A stretch of 64,000 nt of DNA from an uncultured Oscillospiraceae bacterium (GTDB taxonomy: Bacteria; Bacillota; Clostridia; Saccharofermentanales; UBA5734). The stretch is taken from NCBI GenBank assembly GCA_964450865.1, contig CAYVHB010000004.1, positions 40,363 through 104,362 on the forward strand, in the 5' to 3' direction. The position numbers and the translations under genes were made by a program. The notes under the pieces were generated by a model. The model was not told the DNA's origin, did not search any database, and saw only the letters and a list, made by a program, of their open reading frames with translations. Below, piece after piece: positions 27,722 to 37,484 of this stretch (its first letter is position 1; each line of letters begins with the position of its first letter).

Positions 27722-28039
27722 TTACAGGTGTTTTTCAAGGGCTGCGGCCAGTTCAGCATAGGGCCGGGCGCCAATCATCCGCTCAACGACCTGTCCGCCT
27801 TTCAGGATGTAAAGGGTCGGAATGCTCATTACTTTAAAGCGCTCAGCGAGTTCACTCTCTTCATCGACATTGATCTTGCCAACAACAGCCCGGCCGGCAT
27901 AGTCATCAGAGAGCTTGTCAATAGTCGGCGCAACCATGCGGCAAGGTCCGCACCAGACTGCCCAAAAATCGAGCAGGACAGGCTTGTCACTTTGCAGCAC
28001 CAGTTCTTTGAAATTGTCGGCTTTAATCGTCAGGGCCAT
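27722..28039 (-). CDS. trxA: Thioredoxin
   Basis: WAVWCGPC active site; start MALTIKADNF after RBS GAGGAGG. Confidence 0.92.
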   Translation of the reverse strand: MALTIKADNFKELVLQSDKPVLLDFWAVWCGPCRMVAPTIDKLSDDYAGRAVVGKINVDEESELAERFKVMSIPTLYILKGGQVVERMIGARPYAELAAALEKHL

Positions 28040-28179
28040 TGTGTACCTCCTCAAGCCGGCACCATGCCTGCTCTTTTCAAAAGCGATTGGCAGCAGCCGA
28101 CTGTATCATTAGTACGCTGATTATAGCCGCCAGGCTGAAATTTCACAGTAACTGAAGTTACAAGCCAACCAGCCGGCAT

Positions 28180-28282
28180 GAATGGCGGCAAGGCCGGACG
28201 GTGTCTCCTGGATGGCCATTGCCCTGAGCGCGGAATTGGCTAGTCGGCGTGAATGGCGGCAAGGTCGAACGGTGTCTCCTGG
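28180..28282. repeat. Degenerate tandem duplication (period 71) of the last 12 codons of metA, second copy lying in the 3' UTR
   Basis: GAATGGCGGCAAGG(C/T)CG(G/A)ACGGTGTCTCCTGG at 28180-28211 and 28251-28282; downstream copy still translates ETPSGLAAIHAG vs genuine [12 protein letters not shown]. Confidence 0.8.
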
Positions 28283-29166
28283 TAGACATAGTAATTCAGC
28301 CAATTGGCAAACAGCAGGTAGGCGGCACTGCGCCAGCGCACAACCGGCGGGCGTGTCGGATCGTCATGCTGGAAGTAATTGCGCGGGACCCTGATCGGCA
28401 GGCCACGGGAAATATCACGGTCATATTCATTGCGCAGTGTCTCCGGATCATATTCCGAATGACCGGTCAGGAAAATCTGCCGGCCGGACATGTCGGAAAC
28501 GGCATAGACACCGGATTCTTCGGATTCGGACAGGATCCGCAAATGGGTAATCTTCTCCAGGTCACTGCGCCGGATCTCGGTGTGCCGGGAGTGGGGCACG
28601 TAAAAGACATCATCGAATCCGCGGAACAGCTTGACCGGGCGGGTCCAGCTGCGGCTATGGGCGAAAACGCCAAACATTTTCTCGGGCAAGTCATATTTGG
28701 GCACGCCATAATGATAATACAGGCCAGCCTGGGCCCCCCAGCAGATATGCAAGGTTGAGTAAACGTGGGACTTGCTCCAGTCCATGATTTCACACAATTC
28801 CGGCCAGTAAGCCACTTCCTCAAAGGGCATCTGCTCAACCGGGGCTCCGGTGATGATCATGCCGTCATAACGGCGCTCCCGCACGTCACTGAATGTCTCA
28901 TAGAACTTGACCAGGTGCTCGGTCGATGTATTGCGCGGATTGTAGGATGCCGTATAGATGAAATCGACGTCCACCTGCAGCGGCGAATTGCTCAGCAATC
29001 GCAGCAGCTGGGTCTCGGTGACGATTTTCGTCGGCATCAGGTTGAGGATAAGAATTCGCAGCGGGCGGATATCCTGGGAATAGGCCCGGTTGTTTTTCAT
29101 TACGAAAACACTTTCCTGTTCCAGAATTTCTGCCGCCGGCAAATCGTCAGGAATTTTGATAGGCAT
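28240..29166 (-). CDS. metA: Homoserine O-acyltransferase (MetA family)
   Basis: [24 protein letters not shown]-terminus, [12 protein letters not shown], catalytic Cys/His blocks; RBS AAGGGGGA. Confidence 0.88.
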   Translation of the reverse strand: MPIKIPDDLPAAEILEQESVFVMKNNRAYSQDIRPLRILILNLMPTKIVTETQLLRLLSNSPLQVDVDFIYTASYNPRNTSTEHLVKFYETFSDVRERRYDGMIITGAPVEQMPFEEVAYWPELCEIMDWSKSHVYSTLHICWGAQAGLYYHYGVPKYDLPEKMFGVFAHSRSWTRPVKLFRGFDDVFYVPHSRHTEIRRSDLEKITHLRILSESEESGVYAVSDMSGRQIFLTGHSEYDPETLRNEYDRDISRGLPIRVPRNYFQHDDPTRPPVVRWRSAAYLLFANWLNYYVYQETPFDLAAIHAD

Positions 29167-29264
29167 GCGCATCCCCCTTGCTGTTTTGGTGATATGAGTA
29201 TTCACTCATGTCTGATCATTGTCAAGCCATTTTAAACATTGCCAGCGTTGCGATAAAATCAGGC

Positions 29265-29359
29265 AAAACCGAGTCCGGTCCGATGTCCAGGTGATCAATC
29301 GTTCAGATGAATTCATGTAAAATCGAGTCCGGGTCGATATTCAGGTGATCAATCATCGG
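29265..29359. repeat. Degenerate tandem duplication (period 54) of the last about 12 codons of the udk-like gene, straddling its stop codon
   Basis: AAAA(C/T)CGAGTCCGG(G)TC(C)GAT(G/A)T(C/T)CAGGTGATCAATC at 29265-29302 and 29319-29359; 3' UTR copy translates TIDHLDIGPDSVL vs real MIDHLNIDPDSIL. Confidence 0.8.
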
Positions 29360-30295
29360 GATTTGCTCACAGGCTGAAGCCAGGAAGCGCGCTTCGGCAA
29401 CGGCGGCCGGCAAATCGGCATAACCGCTGCGGGTTGCATGATAAATGGAACCGGGCAAAGTGTCGTCTTCGTATTGTTGCAGCGATTGGCAGATCTGGCG
29501 ATAGGCCTTGGGCGCTACCAGGCAGAACTCGTAGGGCAGGCAGGAATTGATGTAGATATCAGCAGCAGCCAGATAACTGGGGAAAAATACCTGCTCGGTC
29601 CGGTCAATCATCGGCCAGTAATCAATCGTTGACAGGGCTGTCGAGCCCCGGTGGACCACATCCCGGCTGATCCGGCGCAGCATCCGCAGGTCACGGCTAC
29701 CCAGCAGCTGGCGTCCCGACAGCAAGGTGCACCAGGGCATGATGAAGATCCCCAGATAAAAATCGCGGGGCAGCTGGCCGGCGATCTGCGGTGACAGCCC
29801 ATGCAGGCCCTCTACCAGTACCAGTTCGTGATTGGTCAGCTGAACGGTGTATGCCTCCGGATAGGACCGGCTGCGGGTCTGGAAATTGAAGCTGGGCAGG
29901 CTCACCCGGCGGCCAGCCATCAGATCATTGAACTGGGTGACCATCAGGTCGGTATCAAGGGTGTCCAGGCTCTCATAATCCGGCCGGCCCCAGGCATCAT
30001 AGCGGACGCTTTGCGCGCGATAGTAGTCATCCAGCGAGATAACATGGGTGGGGCGGCCCATGGCGCTCAGCGTGCGGGCCAGGCGACGGGTTGTCGTCGT
30101 CTTGCCGGAGGCTGTCGGCCCGGATATAAAGACGGCCTTGATGGCCGGTCGCCGGCAGATCTGCTGCACGACCGCATCCAGCTGCGCCGAAAAAGCGTCT
30201 TCGGAGGATTTGGCAAACCGGGTCAGTTTCTTGACTCCGAGCGATTCTTCCAGGTCTTCGACCGTCAGGATGATCATTTTGCTTAATTCGGCCAT
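29303..30295 (-). CDS. Uridine/cytidine kinase family protein (PRK/URK-like nucleoside kinase) with N-terminal extension
   Basis: P-loop ISGPTASGKTT, DDYY, and C-terminal LRRISRDVVHRGST block typical of Udk. Confidence 0.7.
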   Translation of the reverse strand: MAELSKMIILTVEDLEESLGVKKLTRFAKSSEDAFSAQLDAVVQQICRRPAIKAVFISGPTASGKTTTTRRLARTLSAMGRPTHVISLDDYYRAQSVRYDAWGRPDYESLDTLDTDLMVTQFNDLMAGRRVSLPSFNFQTRSRSYPEAYTVQLTNHELVLVEGLHGLSPQIAGQLPRDFYLGIFIMPWCTLLSGRQLLGSRDLRMLRRISRDVVHRGSTALSTIDYWPMIDRTEQVFFPSYLAAADIYINSCLPYEFCLVAPKAYRQICQSLQQYEDDTLPGSIYHATRSGYADLPAAVAEARFLASACEQIPMIDHLNIDPDSILHEFI

Positions 30296-30433
30296 TATTG
30301 TTCACCAGCTTTGTTGTTTATCAGACGGATGATTTTTGTGATATGATAAGGCCTGGTCGGCGGCGTGACAGGCCAGCATTCTGCTGGCCGGCCGGCGCGG
30401 TCCGGCCGAGACTATCTGGATGAGGAGCAGTTC

Positions 30434-31168
30434 ATGCTGGGTTTTGGTACTTTAGTCAATGTCGGGGCAATCATGGCCGGTTCGGGAATCGGCCTGCTGA
30501 TCAAGGGCGGCCTGCCGGACCGGTTTCAGAAGATTATTTTTCAGGCGATCGGCCTGGCCACGCTATTTGTTGGCATCAGCGGCGCGATCGCCGGCTTGCT
30601 CAAGCCGGTCGGGGGACAGCTGACCGGCCAGCAGACCATGATGATGGTCCTGGCGATCGTCCTGGGCAGCCTGCTTGGCGAAGCGCTGGACATCGTGCGC
30701 TGGATGGAATCACTCGGCAAGGCGATCCAGCTGCGAGTCCGCGGACTCGGGTCCAATCCGCGCTTCGTTGAAGGATTCGTGTCAGCCTCGCTGCTTTATT
30801 GTGTGGGTGCCATGGCGATTGTCGGATCGCTGGAAGACGGGCTGACCGGGCAAGCCAATACATTATACATCAAAGCGCTTCTGGACGGTACAACAGCTGT
30901 CATTTTTGCCGCAACATTGGGCAGTGGCGTCTTCTTCTCGGCTTTTTCCGTCGGTCTCTATCAGGGAGCTATCACAGTAATGGCCAGGTTTCTCAGTCCG
31001 CTGCTGACTGAGGGGCTGATCGCCCAGGTATCGCTGGTTGGTTCGGTCCTGATTACCGGGATCGGCATCAATATCCTCTGGGATCACAAGATCAAAATCG
31101 GTAATATGCTGCCGGCCGTCCTGATGCCGGTGCTGTTTCAATGGATTCAATCCATCTGGCCCTTCTAG
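30434..31168 (+). CDS. DUF554 family membrane protein (YqgA-like)
   Basis: Start MLGFGTLVNVGAIMAGSGIGLL after RBS GAGGAG; hydrophobic 6-8 TM pattern with family-typical N-terminal block. Confidence 0.7.
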   Translation: MLGFGTLVNVGAIMAGSGIGLLIKGGLPDRFQKIIFQAIGLATLFVGISGAIAGLLKPVGGQLTGQQTMMMVLAIVLGSLLGEALDIVRWMESLGKAIQLRVRGLGSNPRFVEGFVSASLLYCVGAMAIVGSLEDGLTGQANTLYIKALLDGTTAVIFAATLGSGVFFSAFSVGLYQGAITVMARFLSPLLTEGLIAQVSLVGSVLITGIGINILWDHKIKIGNMLPAVLMPVLFQWIQSIWPF

Positions 31169-31285
31169 CCAGCCTCGGGCTTCAGTTCCCATTTTCCAGG
31201 CGTGACAGGCATAGCAGTGGCGGGTGTCATTTTCAGGTAACACCCGCCATTTACATTGAATGGTGCAAGAGTCCGGAAATGCCGC

Positions 31286-32716
31286 TTATTTTTTCGCCGG
31301 AGCAGCGCCGACCGGGGTGGAACCTTCAGGCTGGCCGGACAGGGCCGGTACCGCTGACTGGCTGGGCTGGCCGAGGTAGCTGGGCAGATTCATGCCCGCC
31401 ATGTTGAAGAGGTCCTGCAGCGGCGGGATTGATTTCATCAGGCCGGAGAGAAAATTGGCCGTCGCCGGAGCCTGGCCGTCACCGCCCTGGCTGTCCCAGA
31501 CTGTGATCTTGTCGATTTTGACGTTTTTGATCGCTTCGACCTGGATCTTGACCAGCTCTTCCAGTTTGTCGGCAATGAGCAGCCGCAGGGCGTCGTTGGC
31601 ATCGCCACCGGCGGCTGTAACCACCTGGCCCAGGCCGGCGGCCTGGCGGGTCAGGATCTCCTGCATACCGCGGGCCTCCGCTTCCATTTTCAGGAAGATC
31701 GCATCAGCTTGACCCCTGGCCTGTCGGCGCAGTCTCTCAGCTTCAGCTTCGGCTTCAATCTCAATCTGGCGCTTGGCAATTTCCGTTTTAACCAGAATAT
31801 CGGCTTCCTGGGTCGCCCGCTCACGCTCGGCGCGGACGCTTTCGGCTTTTTGTTCAGCGGAATACGCTTCTTCCAGCGCCTTGGCCGCCATGATTTTTTC
31901 TGCTGTTGTCGCCCGCCGCAGGGAGTCTGCTTCTTTTTCCCGGCGGGTCGCATTCGAGGCGGCAATGGCTGCCTTGGCTTCGTTTTCACCCTGGATAGCG
32001 GTTGAATCCGCTGCTGCGACCTGGATCCGCTGGTCACGGCGGGCGTTGGCCTCGCCGATGGCGCCATCGCGGTCTTTCTCGGCTACTGATTTCTTGGCAT
32101 CGTTGATGGCCTTGGCGGCGGCTTCCTTGCCGAGAGCATCAATATAGCCGGATTCATCGTTAATATCGGTCACGTTCACGTTGATCAGCCGCAGGCCGAT
32201 CTTTTTCAGCTCGCCTTCCACGTTGCGTGATACAGCTTCGAGGAATTTGTCGCGGTCGGTGTTGATTTCCTCGATATCCATCGTGGCAATGACCAGACGC
32301 AGCTGGCCGAAGATGATGTCCTTGGCCAGCTCCTGGATCTCCGGCAGTTTCAGGCCGAGCATCCGTTCAGCCGCGTTCTGCATGATCCCCTGTTCTGTGG
32401 AGATGCCAACTGTAAAGCGGGATGGCACGTCAATCCGGATGTTTTGCCGGGACAGGGCATTTTTAAGGTCGACCTGGATGGAGATCGGTGTCAGGTCCAG
32501 ATATGCGTAGTCCTGGATAATCGGCCAGACAAATGAGGCACCACCGTGTACACAGTGGGCGGAGCGGCTGGTGCCATCCTTGTTGCTGCCGACTTTACCG
32601 AAAATGACCATGATCTTGTCGGATGGACACTTGCGGTAGCGCGACAGCACAAGCAGGAAGGTGGTGAAGAACAGAACGAAAATGACAATGACAGCGATGA
32701 TGATGGTTGGGGGCAT
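31286..32716 (-). CDS. floT: Flotillin (SPFH/band-7 domain) FloT/YuaG-like
   Basis: N-terminal TM MPPTIIIAVIVIFVLFF, SPFH domain, long EA-rich coiled-coil repeats; RBS AAAGGAGAA; NfeD gene upstream. Confidence 0.85.
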   Translation of the reverse strand: MPPTIIIAVIVIFVLFFTTFLLVLSRYRKCPSDKIMVIFGKVGSNKDGTSRSAHCVHGGASFVWPIIQDYAYLDLTPISIQVDLKNALSRQNIRIDVPSRFTVGISTEQGIMQNAAERMLGLKLPEIQELAKDIIFGQLRLVIATMDIEEINTDRDKFLEAVSRNVEGELKKIGLRLINVNVTDINDESGYIDALGKEAAAKAINDAKKSVAEKDRDGAIGEANARRDQRIQVAAADSTAIQGENEAKAAIAASNATRREKEADSLRRATTAEKIMAAKALEEAYSAEQKAESVRAERERATQEADILVKTEIAKRQIEIEAEAEAERLRRQARGQADAIFLKMEAEARGMQEILTRQAAGLGQVVTAAGGDANDALRLLIADKLEELVKIQVEAIKNVKIDKITVWDSQGGDGQAPATANFLSGLMKSIPPLQDLFNMAGMNLPSYLGQPSQSAVPALSGQPEGSTPVGAAPAKK

Positions 32717-32904
32717 GGGGTTCTCCTTTCTGGGCCAGAAAGCGATGCTGGCCGGGTCCTGTTGGGATAAAACGGGACGCTGCTTAGCAGGAAGAGCGGG
32801 ACAGGCAGGATGGGCAAATGGAAAAAACAGGTGCGCACAATGGGAGATCATGGGGGGTGAATGCATAAACGGAGTGAGTATTGCGGACGGTCCGGTCCAG
32901 CAAT

Positions 32905-33693
32905 TTACGTGCGGCCGGGGGACTGGCTTTTATCAGCATTCAACGGTTCTACCAGCAAAACATCGCCTTTGCGGCCGGTTACGGTGATCAGCTGGCCCGT
33001 TCCGATGGTCTCGGGATAGTTCGTCATGACATCCAGTTCAACCAGGCGCTCCTGCAAGGTCAGGGTAATTTTCCCGGTGCCGCGCATGGAGCCCGGGATC
33101 CGCAAGTAAACCTGTCCGGTCAGGCCGATCGCACCGTTCAGGTCCAGATTGCCACTGCTTTGCAAGGATAAAACCAGCTTGAAGATCCAGGCAATCAGAA
33201 CCAGGGCCAGCAAACCGGCCACCAGGGCGAGAAAGGAAGCCAGCAGGGCGGGCATCTTCAGGTCGATCAGGGCAATCCCCACCCAGCCACCGACGGCAAA
33301 GAATCCGACCAGGCCACGCACGGTGATCAGACGCAGGCCAATATCGGTGTGGGCAGCCGGATGTTCACCCGGATGAGACGCCAGATCATGGATGTCGCCA
33401 CCATGGCCCAGGGTGTCCATACCAGCCGACGTGTCCGGAGCCATCACACTGTCCGTGTAACTGCCGCCAGCCAGGTCAGCCTCATGACCGGCCGGGGCGT
33501 GGGCAGCATCAAAGCCGTGGCTGTCAGCCAGGTCGCTGCCCGCACTGTCAGCCCCATGGGCGTCGGTACCATGACCGCTACCGATGCCAAAGAGCAGCAG
33601 GATGGTCTGAATGGCAAGAATGACAGTAGCCGGCAAGGCAAAAAGGGCCAGGATTTGCTGGACAAGGGTCAGATTGTTCCACCAGGTAATCAT
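32905..33693 (-). CDS. NfeD-like membrane protein (YuaF-like, flotillin-associated) with His/Asp-rich insert
   Basis: N-terminal TM helices, C-terminal OB-fold block GQLITVTGRKGDVLLVEP; immediately upstream of floT as in yuaF-floT operons; start could alternatively be TTG at 33774. Confidence 0.7.
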   Translation of the reverse strand: MITWWNNLTLVQQILALFALPATVILAIQTILLLFGIGSGHGTDAHGADSAGSDLADSHGFDAAHAPAGHEADLAGGSYTDSVMAPDTSAGMDTLGHGGDIHDLASHPGEHPAAHTDIGLRLITVRGLVGFFAVGGWVGIALIDLKMPALLASFLALVAGLLALVLIAWIFKLVLSLQSSGNLDLNGAIGLTGQVYLRIPGSMRGTGKITLTLQERLVELDVMTNYPETIGTGQLITVTGRKGDVLLVEPLNADKSQSPGRT

Positions 33694-33770
33694 TTTTAAC
33701 ACTCGCTTCCGTGCAGGCCTGGCCGTGGCACAAGAACTGCCAGGCCACTTTATCTTGTTGCCAGGGGTTT

Positions 33771-34388
33771 TCAATCGGGTAATTGGCTGTTAAGCGGGCT
33801 GGGCAGGCTTTGTTTCAGATTCGTCAGCTGGCGATTGATCCGTTCATGCAGTAATGATGCGGCATAGGCTTCGACCATAATCAGCAGTACGGCATGGAGA
33901 GTCTGACGGGCTCCGGATTCCCGTTCTTCAAAGCCGGCAGTCACCTGCTCAATCCTGGCGAGGATCGCTGACTGACTCCACAGATCGCAGGACTCAATCG
34001 AGAAAACCAGATCGCAAAAATAAAAATACAATTCGCTGTCATCAATCAGGTCGTCACCTTCGTCAGCCAGATTGCGATTAATGGTACTAAGCAAAGTAAC
34101 GACATCGTCCAGGGGCAGGGCGTGACGCAGCACGGCTATCAGGATGATGCGGGCCATCTGGCGCTGGGTGTAGCGCTTGTTGACCGGGCTGGGCACAAAG
34201 CCCCGCTTGACCCAGTTCTGCAACGTCACCCCCGAAACGCCAACGATATCAGCGATCTGTGAGAGATAGATGCCGCCCGTAATTGCGAAAGCGCCAGCCA
34301 GGGCTGTCCGGAAATCCGGAATACTCTGGCCACTCAGGCGAATCCGGGTCCCTGGCAAAAATGGATCCATCTGCTGCACATTGGTCAC
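33771..34388 (-). CDS. DUF1836-like HTH domain protein (putative transcriptional regulator)
   Basis: HTH LSQIADIVGVSGVTLQNWVKRG near N-terminus; GTG start; own promoter carries palindromic operators. Confidence 0.55.
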   Translation of the reverse strand: MTNVQQMDPFLPGTRIRLSGQSIPDFRTALAGAFAITGGIYLSQIADIVGVSGVTLQNWVKRGFVPSPVNKRYTQRQMARIILIAVLRHALPLDDVVTLLSTINRNLADEGDDLIDDSELYFYFCDLVFSIESCDLWSQSAILARIEQVTAGFEERESGARQTLHAVLLIMVEAYAASLLHERINRQLTNLKQSLPSPLNSQLPD

Positions 34389-34421
34389 CCCCGTCTAATT
34401 GAATGAACCAGTAATAGAGTC

Positions 34422-34484
34422 ATTGTAACACATGGTCATATGACCGTCAATATCATTCACTAGATCTTTATAAATGGTCATTTA
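34422..34484 (-). promoter_or_regulatory. Promoter of DUF1836 gene (TTGACG-N17-TACAAT) with 12-bp perfect palindrome GGTCATATGACC in the spacer and second related palindrome TAAATGGTCATTTA 30 bp upstream
   Basis: Seen directly: -10 at 34422-34427, -35 at 34445-34450, palindrome 34434-34445; second palindrome 34471-34484. Confidence 0.5.
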
Positions 34485-34735
34485 AACTTCAGCGGGTCCA
34501 CGAAAAACCTTGCAGCCGGGCTGATTATTCACGCGATCTTTTTTATCAGCCGTTTAAACCAGTGCCAGGCCAGTCTGCAGATTGCATGTATATATCCTTG
34601 ACTTTACCGCAGGTAATTGGGAAAATACCCATTATGTATGCCAGTCGAAACGGCGAGCAGACACAATTTGCCGCCGCGATCAAGCTAGTCCATAACCACC
34701 CGGCTATTCATCCATATCATGCGAGGAGAATACTT

Positions 34736-35566
34736 ATGAAGCACCTGAGAATGACCGCCATACTTGTTCTGGTCCTGATCCTGTCCCTGGTGCCCCTGGC
34801 CGCCTGCAGCGTTACCAACAGCAAACAGTTCCGGGTCGGGCTGGAATGTGCCTATGCCCCGTTCAACTGGACGCAGACCGACAACAGCAATGGCGCCGTA
34901 GCGATCAGCAACAGCAAGGGCGAATATGCCGGCGGTTACGATGTCGAAATTGCCAAGAAAATCGCGGCCGGGCTGGGCAAGGAACTGGTGATTGTCAAGA
35001 CCAAGTGGGACGGACTGATCCCGGCTATCGTCGCAAGCAAGATTGACGCGGTCATCGCCGGTATGTCACCGACCGCCGAGCGCAAAGTCACCGTGGATTT
35101 TTCTGACTTCTATTACCGTTCTGAGCTGGTCATCGTCGTGAAGAAGGATAGTCCGTTTGCCGCTGCCAAATCCCTGGCCGATTTCAAAGGGGCTAAAATC
35201 ACGGGGCAGCTGAACACATTCCACTATACCGTTATCGATCAGATTCCCGAAGTTGCCAAACAGACCGCGATGGACAGTTTCCCGGCGATGATCGTAGCTT
35301 TGAATTCCGGCAAAATTGACGGCTACATTTCGGAAAAGCCAGGCGCCGACTCAGCTGTAGCCGCTAATCCAGGCCTGACCTATGTTGCCTTTGCCGCTGG
35401 TTCCGGCTTTAACTATTCGGATGAAGACGCAGCCGTCTCAGTCGCCATGAAGAAGGGCAATGCGGAGACACTGACCAAAATAAACGAAATCCTGGCCGGG
35501 ATCAGCCAGGCTGACCGTGACCAGATGATGAAGGATGCCATCAAGAATCAGCCGATCAGCCAGTAA
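34736..35566 (+). CDS. Polar amino acid ABC transporter substrate-binding lipoprotein (family 3 SBP)
   Basis: Lipobox LAACSV, SBP_bac_3 pattern; RBS GAGGAG; followed by permease and ATPase. Confidence 0.85.
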   Translation: MKHLRMTAILVLVLILSLVPLAACSVTNSKQFRVGLECAYAPFNWTQTDNSNGAVAISNSKGEYAGGYDVEIAKKIAAGLGKELVIVKTKWDGLIPAIVASKIDAVIAGMSPTAERKVTVDFSDFYYRSELVIVVKKDSPFAAAKSLADFKGAKITGQLNTFHYTVIDQIPEVAKQTAMDSFPAMIVALNSGKIDGYISEKPGADSAVAANPGLTYVAFAAGSGFNYSDEDAAVSVAMKKGNAETLTKINEILAGISQADRDQMMKDAIKNQPISQ

Positions 35567-35588
35567 ACCAGTCAGCCAGTAAACCAGT
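35557..35588. repeat. Perfect 16-bp tandem duplication CAGCCAGTAAACCAGT x2 straddling the SBP stop codon, followed by CCAGT-rich low-complexity spacer to 35660
   Basis: Seen directly. Confidence 0.85.
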
Positions 35589-35741
35589 CGACCGGTACGG
35601 ACCGGTCAGCCAGTCAATCCAGTTGCCAGTCAGTTGGCCAGCCGGACCGGATGCATGCGAACCGGCTGGTCTTCTGATCATTCACGATGGCCGCCTGTCG
35701 CCTCGCGCCAGCGATCCATATCACACACAGGAGAGCACCCG

Positions 35742-36551
35742 ATGATTGTTGCGCTCGCCAACCTGCCCGAATCTTTTTGGGGCTGGGTATTGTTCATTAT
35801 CAGCAAATATGGCCATCTGTTCCTGATTGGTGCCAGCAACACGCTGCTTATTGCCCTGAGTGGTACTGTAGCCGGATTTATCATCGGCCTGGCAGTCGCC
35901 GTTATCCGGACCATCCCCCTCAAGGCCCGGACACCCTGGCCGGTGCGGGCGGGGGTGCGCAGCCTGCAGTTCTTGCTGGTCGCCTATATTGAGATTTTTC
36001 GCGGCACGCCGATGATGGTCCAGGCGATGGTTGTTTACTATGGATCCCAGCAGCTGCTGGGCCTGAATTTTCCGGCCATGACTGCCGGTTTTATTGTCGT
36101 TTCCATCAATACCGGCGCTTATATGGCAGAGATCATCCGGGGCGGGATCGACTCGATTGACCGGGGCCAGACCGAGGCTGCCCAGTCAATTGGCATGAAT
36201 CATCTCCAGACCATGATTTTTATCATTTTACCGCAGGCCATCCGCAATATCATGCCGGCCATTGGCAATGAATTTGTCGTCAACATCAAGGATACATCGG
36301 TCCTGAACATCATCTCGGTGACAGAACTGTTCTTCCTGAGCAACTCCGCAGCTGGAACCTATCTGCGTTACTTCGAGGTCTTCTTCGTGACCAGCATCGT
36401 CTATTTCATCCTGACGTTTACCGTTACCCGGATCCTGCGGCTGCTTGAGCGCCGGCTGGACGGGCCGGACAATTATACAATCATGGGGTCCCAGACGACC
36501 CCGGCGGCCGTCATTCATGTCCACCATGCAGAAAATTCGGAAGGACGGTGA
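35742..36551 (+). CDS. Amino acid ABC transporter permease (His/Glu/Gln/Arg/opine family)
   Basis: EAA-loop region [15 protein letters not shown]; RBS CAGGAGAG. Confidence 0.85.
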   Translation: MIVALANLPESFWGWVLFIISKYGHLFLIGASNTLLIALSGTVAGFIIGLAVAVIRTIPLKARTPWPVRAGVRSLQFLLVAYIEIFRGTPMMVQAMVVYYGSQQLLGLNFPAMTAGFIVVSINTGAYMAEIIRGGIDSIDRGQTEAAQSIGMNHLQTMIFIILPQAIRNIMPAIGNEFVVNIKDTSVLNIISVTELFFLSNSAAGTYLRYFEVFFVTSIVYFILTFTVTRILRLLERRLDGPDNYTIMGSQTTPAAVIHVHHAENSEGR

Positions 36552-37354
36552 TCTGGGTGAAAGAAATGGCCCATCACAAAACAAACCACCACGCTGGATC
36601 ACCGGGTCTGCATGAGGCATCGCTGATCGTTGAAGTTTCACACCTGAGCAAGTATTTCGGACGCAATGAGGTCTTGCGGGACATCGATTTCGTCGTCCGC
36701 AAGGGTGAGGTAGTCTCGATCATCGGTTCCTCCGGCTCGGGCAAATCGACCCTGCTGCGCTGCATTAATCTGCTGGAGATGCCAACCTCCGGGGATATCC
36801 TGCACCATGGAAAAAGCATCCTGCATGGCGAATTCAAGGTTTCGACCTATCGCACGCGGGTTGGCATGGTCTTCCAGCAGTTCAATTTGTTCAACAACAT
36901 GACCGTCCTGGAAAATTGCGTAGTTGGCCAGATGCAAGTGCTCAAGCGCGGCCGGGCCGAGGCCGAAAAAACCGCGCTGTCATATCTGGAGAAGGTCGGC
37001 ATGGCCCCTTTCATCAAGGCCAAGCCGCGCCAGCTTTCCGGCGGCCAGAAACAGCGGGCGGCGATTGCCCGCGCATTGGCAATGGAGCCGGAGGTCCTGC
37101 TGTTTGATGAGCCGACTTCAGCGCTCGACCCGGAAATGGTTGGCGAGGTGCTGAAAGTCATGCGCGACCTGGCCCAGTCAGGCCTGACCATGCTGGTTGT
37201 CACCCACGAAATGCAGTTTGCCCGCGAGGTATCCAACCGGGTGGTCTTTATGGATCAGGGGGTCATCGTCGAGGACGACGAGCCGGAGGTCATCTTCAAT
37301 CATCCACGCCACGAGCGGACCCGGACCTTCCTCAACCGCATTCTGGAACGCTGA
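36548..37354 (+). CDS. Amino acid ABC transporter ATP-binding protein
   Basis: [35 protein letters not shown]; GTGA overlap with permease stop (alternative ATG at 36566). Confidence 0.9.
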   Translation: MIWVKEMAHHKTNHHAGSPGLHEASLIVEVSHLSKYFGRNEVLRDIDFVVRKGEVVSIIGSSGSGKSTLLRCINLLEMPTSGDILHHGKSILHGEFKVSTYRTRVGMVFQQFNLFNNMTVLENCVVGQMQVLKRGRAEAEKTALSYLEKVGMAPFIKAKPRQLSGGQKQRAAIARALAMEPEVLLFDEPTSALDPEMVGEVLKVMRDLAQSGLTMLVVTHEMQFAREVSNRVVFMDQGVIVEDDEPEVIFNHPRHERTRTFLNRILER

Positions 37355-37484
37355 CCGGTTTATCCCGGTGGAGCAGCCTTTCCCAGGCGCAGGACGTCCA
37401 TCAGCCAGGCAGATCCGTTTCGACGACGATCAGGTGAAGGATCAGCCTGGCCAGCTATTCTGACAGGAGGCGTATAGTAACAGG

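Noticed and set aside
34620-34735. Possible T-box leader upstream of amino-acid SBP gene (GGGTGGT-like motif)
   Set aside because: Motif is on the wrong strand and leader is only about 100 nt; no specifier-loop/antiterminator architecture.
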